Origin: Balanoglossus misakiensis
Lineage: Eukaryota; Animalia; Hemichordata
Direction: 5' to 3'
NCBI GenBank assembly: GCA_040954595.2
Contig: JBECUI020000027.1
Coordinates: 386,630-450,629 of the forward strand
DNA: 64,000 bases
Shown here: piece by piece, positions 39,931 through 50,073 of the stretch
Layout of the letters: each line of letters opens with the position of its first letter
How positions within the stretch are numbered: the first letter of the stretch is position 1
The notes under the pieces: model-generated
Database searches by the model: none
Told to the model about the DNA's origin: nothing
What the model saw: only the letters and a program-made list of their open reading frames with translations
Program-made: the position numbers and the translations under genes

Positions 39931-42510
39931 ATGTATCTATCAACTCACTCACTCACTCACTCACTCACTCACTCACTCACTCACTCACTTCCCCGCGTAA
40001 GAGATCAAAGAGAAACCTTAGCTAAAGCTAAAAAACTCCTCCTTCTCCCCCTCGTTTTTTACATCTTAACTTCCTGTGCTAATCCTGCTGCTCCTACCTT
40101 TGAAGCGCTTAGCTACCGGGACGAAGGCAGGGAAATCACCATTACTGGTCTGGCAAACCAAGACATCAGCAGCTTAAGCATACCCCCTTTCATTCATAAC
40201 AAGCCCGTCACGGCCATTGCCAAGGCAGCCTTTAAAAATTCATCCCTCAGCAGCGTGAGTATTCCAGACAGCGTAATTACCATAGGAGACGAAGCTTTCA
40301 ACGCATCGGCTTCCTTAAGCGAAGTGCACATGGGTAAGGGCTTAACCTCCATAGGCAATCTGGCCTTCGCCGGGACGGCTCTGAGCAATCTGACCATCTT
40401 GCCCCCAAGGGCCCCCAGTTTTGCAGGCAGCCCCGCTGAAGCCTTCCCCGCATCTCTAACAGAAATCACCCTAAGTTATCCCATAGGATCCACAGGCTAC
40501 TCCGAAGCCCCTTGGAGCAGCATTAGCCAACACCTTCAGTTTCTGGACCCCGATGTCATTGAAAACGTAGACCCCGCACTGCAAAGCATCATCATCAGCC
40601 TGAAAGCCCTACCTGGCCTCACCATCACCGTAGAAGCCCACACCGAAGCCTCATTCGCTGGCACTGCTGCCGCAACGGCAGACTCAGACCCAACGGCAAC
40701 AACTTCCCAAAAACTAACCTTAAGCAACCTCACCGACGGAACCTCTTATCACCTGCGGGCTAGGGCTTACCAAGACAACCCGGACAACTCCACCGAATGG
40801 ATCAATCTTCCCACTTCCTACTCTCCCCGCGGCATCGTCATTATTGATGCCACCCCCAGTTCGGGAAAAATCACGGTTGACGTTGAAGCTTCTGAAGGGA
40901 TGGAAGCAAAACTCCAGGCATTCATCGACAAGGATTTTAGCATTATAATCAAAGAAGACTTCTTTACAGGCAGCCTCGACTCTCAAACAGTGGAAATAGA
41001 CGGACTCAGCAAGGAAACCACCTACTACCTGCGGGCCCTGCTCAGTGACGGCAGCGCTGAGCACCGTTATTCCACCCCCCTCATCCCCACCGCCGACGGC
41101 AAGCAGTACATCCACCGCCTGAGCGAACTGGCCAAAATCGGAGTGGATACGGAAAACTACCCCGATAACTGGAACTACGAGTTAAAAATGAACCTCAACT
41201 TTGCCGACGCCAACAACGACGGGGTTATGGATGACCCCTTTGACAGCGACGACAATGCCGATAACGGTAACTGGACACCTCTTGCCCCTGGGGTTTATAG
41301 CGATACTGGAGTCTACCAAAGCGGTGGGTATGAGGGGAGCTTTGACGGTATGAACCGCAGCATTGAGGGAATGATTATCACGACCCCTGAAGAGAATCGA
41401 GTCGGTTTATTTGAGGTCGTTGCTGCCAAAGGGAAAATCGAGAATCTGGGGCTGCTGGGGGGCTCTGTCTTGGGGAATGCTAACGTAGGTACTTTGGTCG
41501 GTTATAGCCGAGGTACCATAAGCGGAAGCTATGCCACTGGAGATGTCTCGGGGCAGGGTGCTTTTGTGGGTGGCTTGCTTGGGTATAGTACTGGTAGCAT
41601 AGCAGACAGCTATGCTACCGGGGCAGTTACGGGGCAGGGCGACTATGTGGGTGGTTTGGTTGGATATACGAGAGGACCCATAACAGGAAGCTATGCCACC
41701 GGTAATGTCTCGGGGCAGGGCCACACTGTTGGTGGTTTGCTTGGGTTCAGCTTAGCTCTCATAACAAACAGCCATGCCACTGGGGATGTCTCAGGGCTGG
41801 GCGATAAGACGGGTGGTTTGGTTGGAAGCAGCACAAGGAATATAATAGGCAGCTATGCTACCGGGGCAGTTACGGGGCAGAGCGGCTATGTGGGTGGCTT
41901 GGTTGGATATGTTGCTGGTGGTACCATAACGAATAATTATGCCACTGGGTCAGTCACGGGGACGACTGCCGTTGGCGGCTTGGTCGGACTATTGTGGACA
42001 GATACGAATAATCCCATAAGGGGTAGCTATGCCACTGGGTCAGTCACGGGGACGACTACCGTTGGCGGCTTGGTCGGTGAGATCATTGCTGGTCCCATAA
42101 CGAACAGCTATGCCACCGGAGATGTCTCGGGGGAACGATCCGTAGGTGGCCTGGTCGGAGTTAGCAGTGCTACCATAACAAACAGTTATGCCACCGGAGC
42201 TGTCTCGGCAACCATTGAGAACATTGGGAGGTTGCTAGGAAGACCGTCTCAAGATACCATAAGGAACAGCTACTACTATGACAACCAGACCATCACCCCC
42301 CCTGACAACGTCACTCCCAACACCGAAGGCAGCGCCGTAACCCTGGAACAACTAAAAACCTCAACCTGGTACACCGGAACCGACACGGACAATCTAGGCT
42401 GGTCCAACGATGCTTGGATCATCGACGGCCGGGTCAACGGTACTACCCCCTTCCACCCCCACATCAAAAACCTTCCAGACCAGCCCGACATCCCCCTTCC
42501 AACACTCTAA
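39931..42510 (+). CDS. Phase-variable surface lipoprotein 2: LRR, Fn3-like and GLUG repeats
   Basis: Close paralogue of 36470-39076. In frame from ATG 39931, not from ATG 39927. Confidence 0.85.
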   Translation: MYLSTHSLTHSLTHSLTHSLPRVRDQRETLAKAKKLLLLPLVFYILTSCANPAAPTFEALSYRDEGREITITGLANQDISSLSIPPFIHNKPVTAIAKAAFKNSSLSSVSIPDSVITIGDEAFNASASLSEVHMGKGLTSIGNLAFAGTALSNLTILPPRAPSFAGSPAEAFPASLTEITLSYPIGSTGYSEAPWSSISQHLQFLDPDVIENVDPALQSIIISLKALPGLTITVEAHTEASFAGTAAATADSDPTATTSQKLTLSNLTDGTSYHLRARAYQDNPDNSTEWINLPTSYSPRGIVIIDATPSSGKITVDVEASEGMEAKLQAFIDKDFSIIIKEDFFTGSLDSQTVEIDGLSKETTYYLRALLSDGSAEHRYSTPLIPTADGKQYIHRLSELAKIGVDTENYPDNWNYELKMNLNFADANNDGVMDDPFDSDDNADNGNWTPLAPGVYSDTGVYQSGGYEGSFDGMNRSIEGMIITTPEENRVGLFEVVAAKGKIENLGLLGGSVLGNANVGTLVGYSRGTISGSYATGDVSGQGAFVGGLLGYSTGSIADSYATGAVTGQGDYVGGLVGYTRGPITGSYATGNVSGQGHTVGGLLGFSLALITNSHATGDVSGLGDKTGGLVGSSTRNIIGSYATGAVTGQSGYVGGLVGYVAGGTITNNYATGSVTGTTAVGGLVGLLWTDTNNPIRGSYATGSVTGTTTVGGLVGEIIAGPITNSYATGDVSGERSVGGLVGVSSATITNSYATGAVSATIENIGRLLGRPSQDTIRNSYYYDNQTITPPDNVTPNTEGSAVTLEQLKTSTWYTGTDTDNLGWSNDAWIIDGRVNGTTPFHPHIKNLPDQPDIPLPTL
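39943..39986 (+). repeat. (ACTC)11 SSR in the leader of GLUG adhesin 2
   Basis: Direct count. Confidence 0.95.
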
Positions 42511-42512
42511 CC

Positions 42513-43610
42513 ATCCCGCCCTCCAAGCCCCCCCCTCTGGGAGGGGGCTTGGAAGGCTTCCCCGCCAAGGCCATACAGCCCCACCTCACCCCCAAACCCT
42601 AGCCTGAACCTCTCCCCGCAATCCCAAGGGAAGCCCTATCCCTAACCATCACCCCCCCTCCCAAGCCCCTAGGCCCACACCCCCGCAAAGGCGGGGATGA
42701 TGCCTCTACCAGCAATCCCGCCCTCCAAGCCCCCCCCTCTGGGAGGGGGCTTGGAAGGCTTCCCCGCCAAGGCCATACAGCCCCACCTCACCCCCCAAAC
42801 CCTAGCCTGAACCTCTCCCCGCAATCCCAAGGGAAGCCCTATCCCTAACCATCACCCCCCCCTCCCAAGACACCCCCGCAAAGGCGGGGATGATGCCTCT
42901 ACCAGCAATCCCGCCCTCCAAGCCCCCCCCTCTGGGAGGGGCCTTGGAAGGCTTCCCCGCCAAGGCCATACAACCCCACCTCACCCCCAAACCCTAGCCT
43001 GAACCTCTCCCCGCAATCCCAAGGGAAGCCCTATCCCTAACCATCACCCCCCCCTCCCAAGACACCCCCGCAAAGGCGGGGATGATGCCTCTACCAGCAA
43101 TCCCGCCCTCCAAGCCCCCCCCTCTGGGAGGGGCCTTGGAAGGCTTCCCCCCAAGGCCATACAGCCCCATCTCACCCCCAAACCCTAGTCTGCACCTCTC
43201 CCCGCAATCCCAAGGGAAGCCCTATCCCTACCAGCAATCCCGTCAAGCAAACCCGCCCCCCAAAGCCCCCCCACTTCGGGCGGGACTTGGAAGGCTTCCC
43301 CCCAAGGCCATACAGCCCCATCTCACCCCCAAACCCTAGTCTGCACCTCTCCCCGCAATCCCAAGGGAAGCCCTATCCCTACCAGCAATCCCGTCAAGCA
43401 AACCCGCCCCCCAAAGCCCCCCCACTTCGGGCGGGACTTGGAAGGCTTCCCCCCAAAGGCCATACAGCCCCACCTCACCCCCAAACCCTAGCCTGAACCT
43501 CTCCCCGCAATCCCAAGGGAAGCCCTATCCCTACCAGCAATCCCGTCAAGCAAACCCGCCCCCCAAAGCCCCCCCACTTCGGGCGGGACTTGGAAGGCTT
43601 CCCCCAACAG
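42513..43610 (+). repeat. Composite palindromic tandem repeat (~7 units of ~150-200 bp, two unit types; REP/BIME-like)
   Basis: CTTGGAAGGCTTCCCC recurs 7 times. Hairpins: CCAAGCCCCC..GGGGGCTTGG, CCCCGC-AAAG-GCGGGG, CCCGCCC..GGGCGGG. Confidence 0.9.
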
Positions 43611-43865
43611 ACCAGACTACCTCCCAAACCACTCCTTTCTAATACCAACCTCCACTCCCAAGACCATACTTCCCATAAAACAGAAAATAATCTTTTAAAA
43701 ACTTGGTTTTCCCTCTAAAACGCAATAAGCTTTTATACCGTAGTGTCCTTATTCAATATTACTGCTCAATCAAAAAGTCTTAGACCTAAGGACAAGACTT
43801 GACAAAAAAGTATCACTACGATAAGTTAGACCAAGTAAAATCAAACTTTTAAGGAGACCCAGCAT

Positions 43866-46782
43866 ATGAAACATATGAATTTATTGACCAACTCACTCAC
43901 TCACTCACTCACTCACTCACTCACTCACTCACTCACTCACTCACTCACTCACTCACTCACTTTCCCGCGTAAGAGGTCAAAGGAAAACCTTAGCTGAAAG
44001 AGTCACCCTTTTACCCCTTGCCTTCTACCTTTTAAGCTCCTGTAATAACCCCGCTGCTCCTTCCTTTGAAGCGGTCACCTACCGGGACAACGGCACGGAA
44101 ATCACCATTACTGGTCTGGCAACACAAGACAGCACAACCCTCACCATACCCTCAGTCATTCAAGACAAGCCTGTGACCACCATAGCCAAAGCAGCCTTTA
44201 AAAACTCATCCCTTACCAGCGTAACCATACCAGACACTGTAAAAACCATAGAAGATGAAGCCTTTAACGCATCGGCCTCCCTTGCTGAAGTTCACCTAGG
44301 AAAAGGCATTAGCTCCATAGGAAGCCTGGCCTTCGCCGCTACGGCCCTGACCAAGCTGACCATCTTAGCCCCAACGTCCCCCAGCTTTACAGGCAGCCCC
44401 GCCGAAGCCTTTCCTTCATCCTTAACGGCTATTACCTTAAACTACCCCATCGGCTCTACCGGCTACTCAGAAGCCCCCTGGAGCGGCTTCGGCACACAAA
44501 AAGCGGTCCTGGACCCCGCTGTCATTGAAAACGTAGACCCCGAACATCAAAGCATCATCATCAGCCTCAAAGCCCTACCTGGCATCACCATCACCGTAGC
44601 AGCTTACACCGAACCTGGCTTTACTGAACCTGCCGCCGCAACGGCAGACTCTGACCCAACGGCAACAGCAGCCCAGGACATAACCTTGACCGGCCTGACA
44701 AACGAAACCCCCTACTACCTGCGGGCAAAAGCATACCAAGACGACCCAGAAAACCCCACAGACTGGATAGAACTCTCAAGCAACCCCAGTATCCCAAGAC
44801 CACACCCCACAGTCAGCATAGAAGGGGTTAGTCTCGACTCTGCCAATCTCACCCTTATCCTCAGCATCAAAGCCCTAAGCGGGGTCACCATCACTGCCTC
44901 GGTACACAACCAGGCTGACTACTCAGACCAAGCCGTGGCCTCAGAATCCCTCGAAGCCTCAGGAGAGAGAGAAGAGATAAGTTTTACTGGCATGACCAGA
45001 GGAAATCCCTACTACATTCGACTTCAGGGCCTAAACTCCCAAGGGGAAACAAGCGACTGGACAGAAGCCCCCGGCAATCCCTACATCCTTCCCATCGCCC
45101 GCATTACCGATGCCATACCCCGTTCAGGAAAGATAACGGCCATGGTTGAGGCTCTCGAAGGTACAGAAGCAAAAATCCAGGCCTCCACAAATAAAGATTT
45201 CACGACGATCACCAAGGAACTCACCTTTACTGGCGAGGGCCTGGGCAACGAGAAAGCCCTGGTAATAGACGGGCTCATTGATGATAGCACCCACTACCTG
45301 CGTACCCTCCTGAGTGACGACAGCGCTGAGTACCGCTATTCCACGCCCCTCATCCCCACAGCCGACGGCACGCAGCACATCCACCGCCTAAGCGAACTGG
45401 CTAAAATCGGAGTGGATACGGAAAACTACCCCGATAACTGGAACTACGAGTTAAAAACAAACCTCAACTTCGCTGACGCCGACAACGATGGGGTTATGGA
45501 TGACCCCTTCGACAGCGACGATGATGCCGATAACGGTAACTGGACACCTCTTACTCCTGGAACTTATGACAACGATGGAAACTACGTAAGCGGTGGATAT
45601 GCTGGGAACTTTGATGGTAAAAAACACAGTATCGAGGGAATGAGCATCACGACACCTGAAGCTAATAGAGTCGGTTTTTTTAATTCTATGCTTGCTGGAG
45701 GTCAAATTAAGGATCTGGGGCTGCTGGGGGGCTCTGTCTCGGGGAATGCTAGCGTAGGTACTTTGGTCGGTTATAGCCGAGGTACCATAAGCGGAAGCTA
45801 TGCCACTGGAGATGTCTCGGGACAGGGCCAATATGTGGGTGGTTTGCTTGGGTATAGTACTGGTAGCATAGCAGGCAGCTATGCTACCGGGGATATCTCG
45901 GGAGATCAAGTCGTGGGTGGTTTGGTTGGAGATACGAGAGGACCCATAACAGGAAGCTATGCCACCGGTAATGTCTCGGGGCAGGGCCAAAATGTGGGTG
46001 GTTTGGTTGGAGAGAATAATGGGGGCATAACAGATAGCCATGCCACTGGGGATGTCTCGGGGGAAGAAACCGTAGGTGGTTTGGTTGGAAGCAACTCAAG
46101 GAATATAACAGGAAGCTATGCCACCGGTAATGTCTCGGGGCAGGGCCAAAATGTGGGTGGTTTGCTTGGGTATGGTGGTGGTGGTACCATAACGAATAGT
46201 TATGCCACTGGGTCAGTCACGGGGACAAGTGCCCTTGGCGGCTTGGTCGGACAATTGTGGACAGATACGAATAATCCCATAAGGGGTAGCTATGCCACTG
46301 GGTCAGTCACGGGGACAAGTGCCCTTGGCGGCTTGGTCGGTTCGATCTTTGCTGGTCCCATAACGAACAGCTATGCCACCGGAGATGTCTCGGGGGAACA
46401 AGTCGTAGGTGGTTTGGTCGGACAACAGTACTCTGCTCATTTTATAACAAACAGTTATGCCACCGGAGCTGTCTCGGCAACCATTGAGAACATTGGGAGG
46501 TTGCTAGGAGGAAGACAGTCTCAAGGTACCATAAGGAACAGCTACTACTATGACAACCAGACCATCACCCCCCCTGACAACGTCACTCCCAACACCGAAG
46601 GCAGCGCCGTAACCCTGGAACAACTAAAAACCTCAACCTGGTACACCGGAACCGACATGGGCAATCTAGGCTGGTCCAACGATGCTTGGATCATCGACGG
46701 CCGGGTCAACGGTACTACCCCCTTCCACCCCCACATCAAAAACCTTCCAGACCAGCCCGACATCCCCCTTCCAACTCTCTAA
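43866..46782 (+). CDS. Phase-variable surface lipoprotein 3 (LRR, three Fn3-like domains, GLUG); out of frame at the SSR
   Basis: RBS and ATG 43866 (MKHMNLLTNS). The frame after the SSR reads RKTLAERVTLLPLAFYLLSSC into ORF 44173-46782. That frame has TGA at 43885 and no start upstream of the signal peptide. Confidence 0.85.
43891..43958 (+). repeat. (ACTC)17 SSR in the leader of GLUG adhesin 3
   Basis: Direct count. Confidence 0.95.
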
Positions 46783-47099
46783 CCATCACCCCCCTGCATT
46801 CGCGGGGGGGGGACCAAGCAAGTCTCACACCAGTCCCTTATTCTCCTGGGCTTCCCAGCCCTCTAAGCCTCCCGCATTCCAGCCACCCACTCCAAGACTA
46901 AGAATCGGAAGGAATAGGGTTTGAACCGATCTTCAAGTTGCTTCTGTTTGCTTGGTCTACTTCTCATCTACACAAGAGGCAAAGGATGGGGGATGATAGC
47001 CGAAAAGCCTAGAAAAGCAAAAATTATGGAAAATTCTGAAAAAGGAATCGTACTCCCAGGACCTTCTGAGTCTTTGATGCGTTTGAGGCATCATCCAGG

Positions 47100-47470
47100 C
47101 CAAGGGCCTCACAATTCCACCTGCCCCTCACCGAAGGAGAATAGGCCCTGGGAATCTGGTGAACCGAGACTTCACAGGAGCCTAGCCGAAGTCCTTGTTG
47201 CTTGCTGACTTCATCTATGTATTGACTTGGCAGAGCTGTGCCTATGTTGCCTTCATCAGCGAGATTTTTTCCCAGAAGATCGTCGGTTGGAAACCCAAAT
47301 GCTCAATGAAAACTGACTTAACTCTCAACGCACTAAACCCTGCTACTGGCCTGATTTATCATAGCGATAGCGGCACTCAGTATCGGTCGCTGTTCAGACC
47401 GGCTAACTAAAGTCATCCCTTAAGCCTTCGATTGGGAGCAGGGGGAATGTGACTGTAAAAGCTCAAAAGT
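47100..47470 (+). mobile_element. Degenerate IS3-family transposase (integrase core) remnant
   Basis: ADFIYVLTWQSCAYVAFISEIFSQKIVGW...LIYHSDSGTQY resembles IS3 OrfB, with flanking LVNRDFT and PSIGSRG traces in other frames. Confidence 0.75.
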
Positions 47471-47518
47471 CTCTACAACAACCACCGTAGACGCACCTGG
47501 CAGAGAAAGAACAATACT

Positions 47519-48922
47519 TCATCGCTCCAAAGAACTGGGCTTGTCCGGTTCATCACGAAAAAATTCTTTTTCCAACCCATAGTCCCGTATCTTGCGGTAC
47601 AGGGTCTTTCTGCCTATTCCCAAGGTCTCGGCCGCCAGGCTCTTGTTTCCTCCAAGAGTGCTCAAAGTGGTCCGTATAATAGCCTTTACGGCCTCGTCCA
47701 TGGTGGTACCCACGGAAATCCTTATAACATCTTTTTCATGACGTCCCGTTATTTGGGGAGAAAGATCTTCCAGAGTTAACAAGGGCCCCTTGCCCAGAAT
47801 AATGGCACTTTCGATAATGTTCCGAAGCTCCCGCACATTTCCCGGCCAAGAATAGGTACGAAGGGCCATAAGAGCTTTGGGTTCCAAGCCTTCAAACTGC
47901 TTGTTATTCTCCTTAGAAAATTCCCGTAGAAAGGCAGCTACCAGAAGAGGAATATCTTCCTGCCTTTCCCGCAGGGGAGGCAAAGAAACCTCAATAACGT
48001 TCAAGCGGTAGTACAGATCCTCCCGGAACCGGCCGTTGGCCACCTCCTGCCGAAGGTCTCGGTTTGTGGCTGCGATTATCCTCACATCAACAGACAGGCT
48101 CTGCTCTCCGCCAACACGCTCAAAAACCCTTTCCTGCAGAACCCTAAGAATTTTAATCTGTATGGCCTGGTTGATTTCTCCTATTTCATCTAAGAAGATA
48201 GTTCCCCCATCAGCCAGCTCAAACCTTCCCTTACGCAGCCCGGAGGCTCCGGTAAAGGAACCCTTCTCGTGACCAAAAAGCTCGCTTTCCAAAAGTGTTT
48301 CGGAAAGGGCGGCACAGTGTACCTTAACCAGGGGAGCATCCTTCCGAGGGGAATGGCGGTGAATCGCATTGACCACCAACTCCTTTCCCGTTCCGCTTTC
48401 TCCGGTAATCAGTATTGAAGCTTTGGTGGGGCCAACCTGTTCAATAAGGTCAAAGATCCGCTTCATTGGGCTGCTTCTGCCAAGAAGAACCAGATCTTGC
48501 CTTTTCTGTTCCAGACGATTGACTTCTTCTTGAAGCGCCCGGTGTTTCATGATGAGTTCACGGGTAGAAAGGGCTCTTTTTGTCAACAGAGCTAGACGGT
48601 CCAGGTTTACAGGCTTAGTTAAAAAATCATAGGCCCCGTCCCGCATAGCCTTTACGGCATTCTCCACAGTACCATGACCAGTAAGGATGATAACCGGAAC
48701 GGTGGGATAGGCCGAAACAAGTCTTTTAAGGAGTTCTTCTCCCGAGAGCTTGGGCATCTTGAGATCGGCAATTACCAAGTCAATTTCTGTCTTGATCATC
48801 ATTTTGAGTGCCCCCTGGGCATCGGAGACCTGGAAAACCTTGTAGCCTTCCAGTTCCATTGCCCGAGTTAGGCCTTCGCGAATGTTCTTCTCGTCGTCAA
48901 CGATCAAGATCCGAAATGTCAT
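47519..48922 (-). CDS. rrp2: Sigma-54-dependent response regulator (NtrC/AtoC family; Rrp2 orthologue by synteny)
   Basis: REC domain, GESGTGKE, ESELFGHEKGSFTGA and Fis HTH. Confidence 0.9.
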   Translation of the reverse strand: MTFRILIVDDEKNIREGLTRAMELEGYKVFQVSDAQGALKMMIKTEIDLVIADLKMPKLSGEELLKRLVSAYPTVPVIILTGHGTVENAVKAMRDGAYDFLTKPVNLDRLALLTKRALSTRELIMKHRALQEEVNRLEQKRQDLVLLGRSSPMKRIFDLIEQVGPTKASILITGESGTGKELVVNAIHRHSPRKDAPLVKVHCAALSETLLESELFGHEKGSFTGASGLRKGRFELADGGTIFLDEIGEINQAIQIKILRVLQERVFERVGGEQSLSVDVRIIAATNRDLRQEVANGRFREDLYYRLNVIEVSLPPLRERQEDIPLLVAAFLREFSKENNKQFEGLEPKALMALRTYSWPGNVRELRNIIESAIILGKGPLLTLEDLSPQITGRHEKDVIRISVGTTMDEAVKAIIRTTLSTLGGNKSLAAETLGIGRKTLYRKIRDYGLEKEFFRDEPDKPSSLER

Positions 48923-50073
48923 GACTCATCTCCTGTCAATAACCGCTGTTCTGTCTGGGGGATTGGTAGGAATATTCTAAAATTGGTGCCCCGGCCAGGA
49001 TTGGAAGCAATTTGAATTTCTCCTCCATGTTCCCTGATAACCTTGTACACCACGGTAAGTCCCAGACCCGAACCAGTTTCCTTGGTGGTATAGTAAGGCT
49101 CAAAAATCTTTCCCTGAAGCTCTTCAGGAATGCCTGTACCCGTATCCTTGACCGAAAGAAGTAACTGATCCCCTTCTCGACAGGTCTGGATTCTGAGTTC
49201 CCCCCCAGAGGGCATGGCTGCCAAGGCATTTTTAATAATGTTCAGCAATGCCTGCTTCATTGCAGTTTCGTCCATGACTATGCGGGGCAGGGTTTCTTCA
49301 AGAAGCAGGACAACATTTACCCGGGATTCTTCCATTTCGTAACAGAGAAACTGTATAAGGTCTGTTATTAACTCGTTAAGACTGAACCGGCCGGAGGAGA
49401 TGTTTGTAGGTCTCACGGCAAAAAGGTAATCCGCCACAATGCTATCCAGCCGAGTTACTTCTTCATCCAGAATGTTTAAAAATTTCTCTACGTCTTCTCC
49501 CTTTTTCATGGGAAGAATCCGTTTGAGAAGCTGAATATGAATACCCATGGAGGCCAGGGGATTTTTGATTTCATGGGCCACCCCTGCTGCCATGGTGGTA
49601 AGGGAGGCCAGATTTTCGGCCCGGCGCAGGCGTTCTGCTTCGGCTCGTTGAGCCGTGACATCTTCGGCATAGAAGAAATTTCCCCGGATACGTCCTTCCA
49701 AGACCAGGGGTAGAATGCCGCAGTTTAAAATGATTTGCTGCCCCCTCTGTTCTACAGAGAAATTTCGCCGCATGGCACTACGCTTCTGCTCCAGGGCTTC
49801 CTTGGCATAGAGGGCTAGTTCGGGTGAGGCCAGAACATCCCAGGGAAACTCGTTCATGAGATTTCCTTCTTTGAAGGGGATCAGCCGCTTGGCAGGAGTA
49901 TTAATCATGTTAATGCGGTTATCGGGGCCCATTACCAGAATTCCTCCGGGTATAGAAGAAAGCACAATCTCCAGTTGTTCATTGTCTTCAACCAGTTGCC
50001 GGACCAATTCATGCAAACGGTCAGCATCCAAGCGATCCAAGGATTTAAGAACCCGACGAAGGAGCTTTCTCAT
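48919..50073 (-). CDS. hk2: PAS-domain histidine kinase (Hk2/Hpk2-like)
   Basis: AHEIKNPL, NIIKNA, DTGTGI and GSGLGL; no TM segments. Confidence 0.9.
   Translation of the reverse strand: MRKLLRRVLKSLDRLDADRLHELVRQLVEDNEQLEIVLSSIPGGILVMGPDNRINMINTPAKRLIPFKEGNLMNEFPWDVLASPELALYAKEALEQKRSAMRRNFSVEQRGQQIILNCGILPLVLEGRIRGNFFYAEDVTAQRAEAERLRRAENLASLTTMAAGVAHEIKNPLASMGIHIQLLKRILPMKKGEDVEKFLNILDEEVTRLDSIVADYLFAVRPTNISSGRFSLNELITDLIQFLCYEMEESRVNVVLLLEETLPRIVMDETAMKQALLNIIKNALAAMPSGGELRIQTCREGDQLLLSVKDTGTGIPEELQGKIFEPYYTTKETGSGLGLTVVYKVIREHGGEIQIASNPGRGTNFRIFLPIPQTEQRLLTGDES

Noticed and set aside
42410-43496. Short Pro-rich ORFs
   Set aside because: Translations of the palindromic repeat array; no RBS evidence.
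36243-46800. Invertible shufflon
   Set aside because: All paralogues are co-oriented and have their own promoters; no recombinase or flanking inverted sites seen.
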